A DNA stretch of 63,921 nt, filler included, from Hyphochytrium catenoides (lineage: Eukaryota; Protista; Hyphochytriomycota), in the NCBI GenBank assembly GCA_900088475.1. It is 5 parts of 5 records of this genome, joined end to end, with 100 filler letters (N's around TTAATTAATTAA, not from the genome) between each part and the next. Parts side by side here need not be neighbours in the genome. Positions count along the whole stretch, not along the records: positions 62,301 to 63,921 come from FLMG01000517.1; 4 more parts are not named here. One strand, written 5' to 3'. Positions 63,115-63,921 of the stretch are shown here, one piece after another; position 1 is the first letter of the stretch; every line of letters starts with the position of its first letter. The notes under the pieces were generated by a model. It saw only the letters and a list, made by a program, of their open reading frames with translations. It did no database searches and was not told the DNA's origin. The translations under genes and the position numbers were made by a program.

Positions 63115-63647
63115 AGAGAGACACCTCAAGATAACAGGGAGAAGAGAAGCACCTACAGTTTGGCTACTTTCGGATGCTTTCCTTCCCCTCCGCCAGAGAT
63201 GCAGATCGATTTTACTTTCACGGCCTCAGTGAACCTATACGGACCGAAGAGAAGTCAGCGATCAGGCGGATGTGACGTATCAGCAGGAGGACTTTAAAGG
63301 CAAAGAGAATCAAGTACTCAGTCACAGAGATAGAGAGCTAGAGAAGGGAAGAGTAAGATGGAGGATACTGATTGACAAAACGGAGAGAGAACCGATGGTA
63401 CAAGGACAATAGCAGGCGTAGAGGCCGCCCATAGGGACCATTTCAAAGAAATAATAGCAGGCGTACGCGAGACAGGGAGAGAGAGAGAGAGGGAAGAAGT
63501 AAAAACAGTGAAGACGGAGAGAGCTTGGCTTACGGTACGTATATTATGAGCTCTGGATCATCATCGTTGCTCTCCAAAAAAGGCTCTTCCTCTCTCTTTT
63601 GATGATAAGGCTTGAAGCAGTTCTTTCCGCTACCGACCACGTGCTCA
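62499..63647 (-). CDS. PITHD1: PITH domain protein, internal 4 exons (both ends missing)
   Basis: Exons give EHVVGSGKNCFKPYHQK....FLESNDDDPELIIYVP / FTEAVKVKSICISGGGEGKHPKVAKL / FVNREDVDFS / HAEDLVPTQTLELTEDFNSEIDYPLK, with consistent phase-2 splicing. Confidence 0.88.
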
Positions 63648-63921
63648 CTGCAGCGCGAGTTAGAACTTAGCGTGAGAGGCATTGTATATTGGAGTAACAG
63701 AAATGAAGTGTGAACGAAAAGAGAGAGAGAGAGACAGACAGAGAGAGAGGGAGAGAGAGGGGAGAGAGAGAGAGGAGAAGGGAGAGAGAAGACTATCGGA
63801 ACCTAAGAGAGCTCGTAAGGAAGAGGCCAAACTAAGAGAGAGAGAGAGAAATGCGCGAGGGACGAGCCAGTATGCAGGAGAGGGACCACTCTGACATAGC
63901 CTTGTGGGATAACGAGCAGCT

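Overview
This is eukaryotic nuclear DNA, not a prokaryotic replicon. It is five unrelated scaffolds joined by artificial N-TTAATTAATTAA-N linkers (7441-7540, 39016-39115, 58500-58599, 62201-62300), so adjacency across linkers is meaningless. Genes are intron-rich, and many introns and intergenic tracts are (AG)n/(CT)n-rich, which produces most of the spurious ORF track. By hand-splicing I can support these genes: strumpellin/WASHC5 (3'-truncated); a GPI-anchored secreted protein; an intronless GMC oxidoreductase with five PAN/apple modules; a GH47 alpha-1,2-mannosidase; a large beta-helix/Cys-rich/multi-TM receptor-like protein; a START-FYVE protein; a two-domain phosphoethanolamine N-methyltransferase; a pyroglutamyl peptidase I spliced in frame to a clathrin light chain core; a multi-IQ protein with a U12-type AT-AC intron; metaxin; an Abraxas-like first exon; an ankyrin-repeat protein; and partial PITHD1. 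Decayed sequences include a Crypton-like element carrying two inverted repeats, a TetX-like monooxygenase and a class C GPCR. START-FYVE, GMC-PAN, the Crypton-like relic and a minor-spliceosome intron together suggest a stramenopile, probably oomycete/pseudofungal (inference). The best candidates for novelty are the peptidase-clathrin light chain fusion, with a stop codon inside its fusion donor, and the AT-AC intron. All family calls are from motif recognition; no searches were run.
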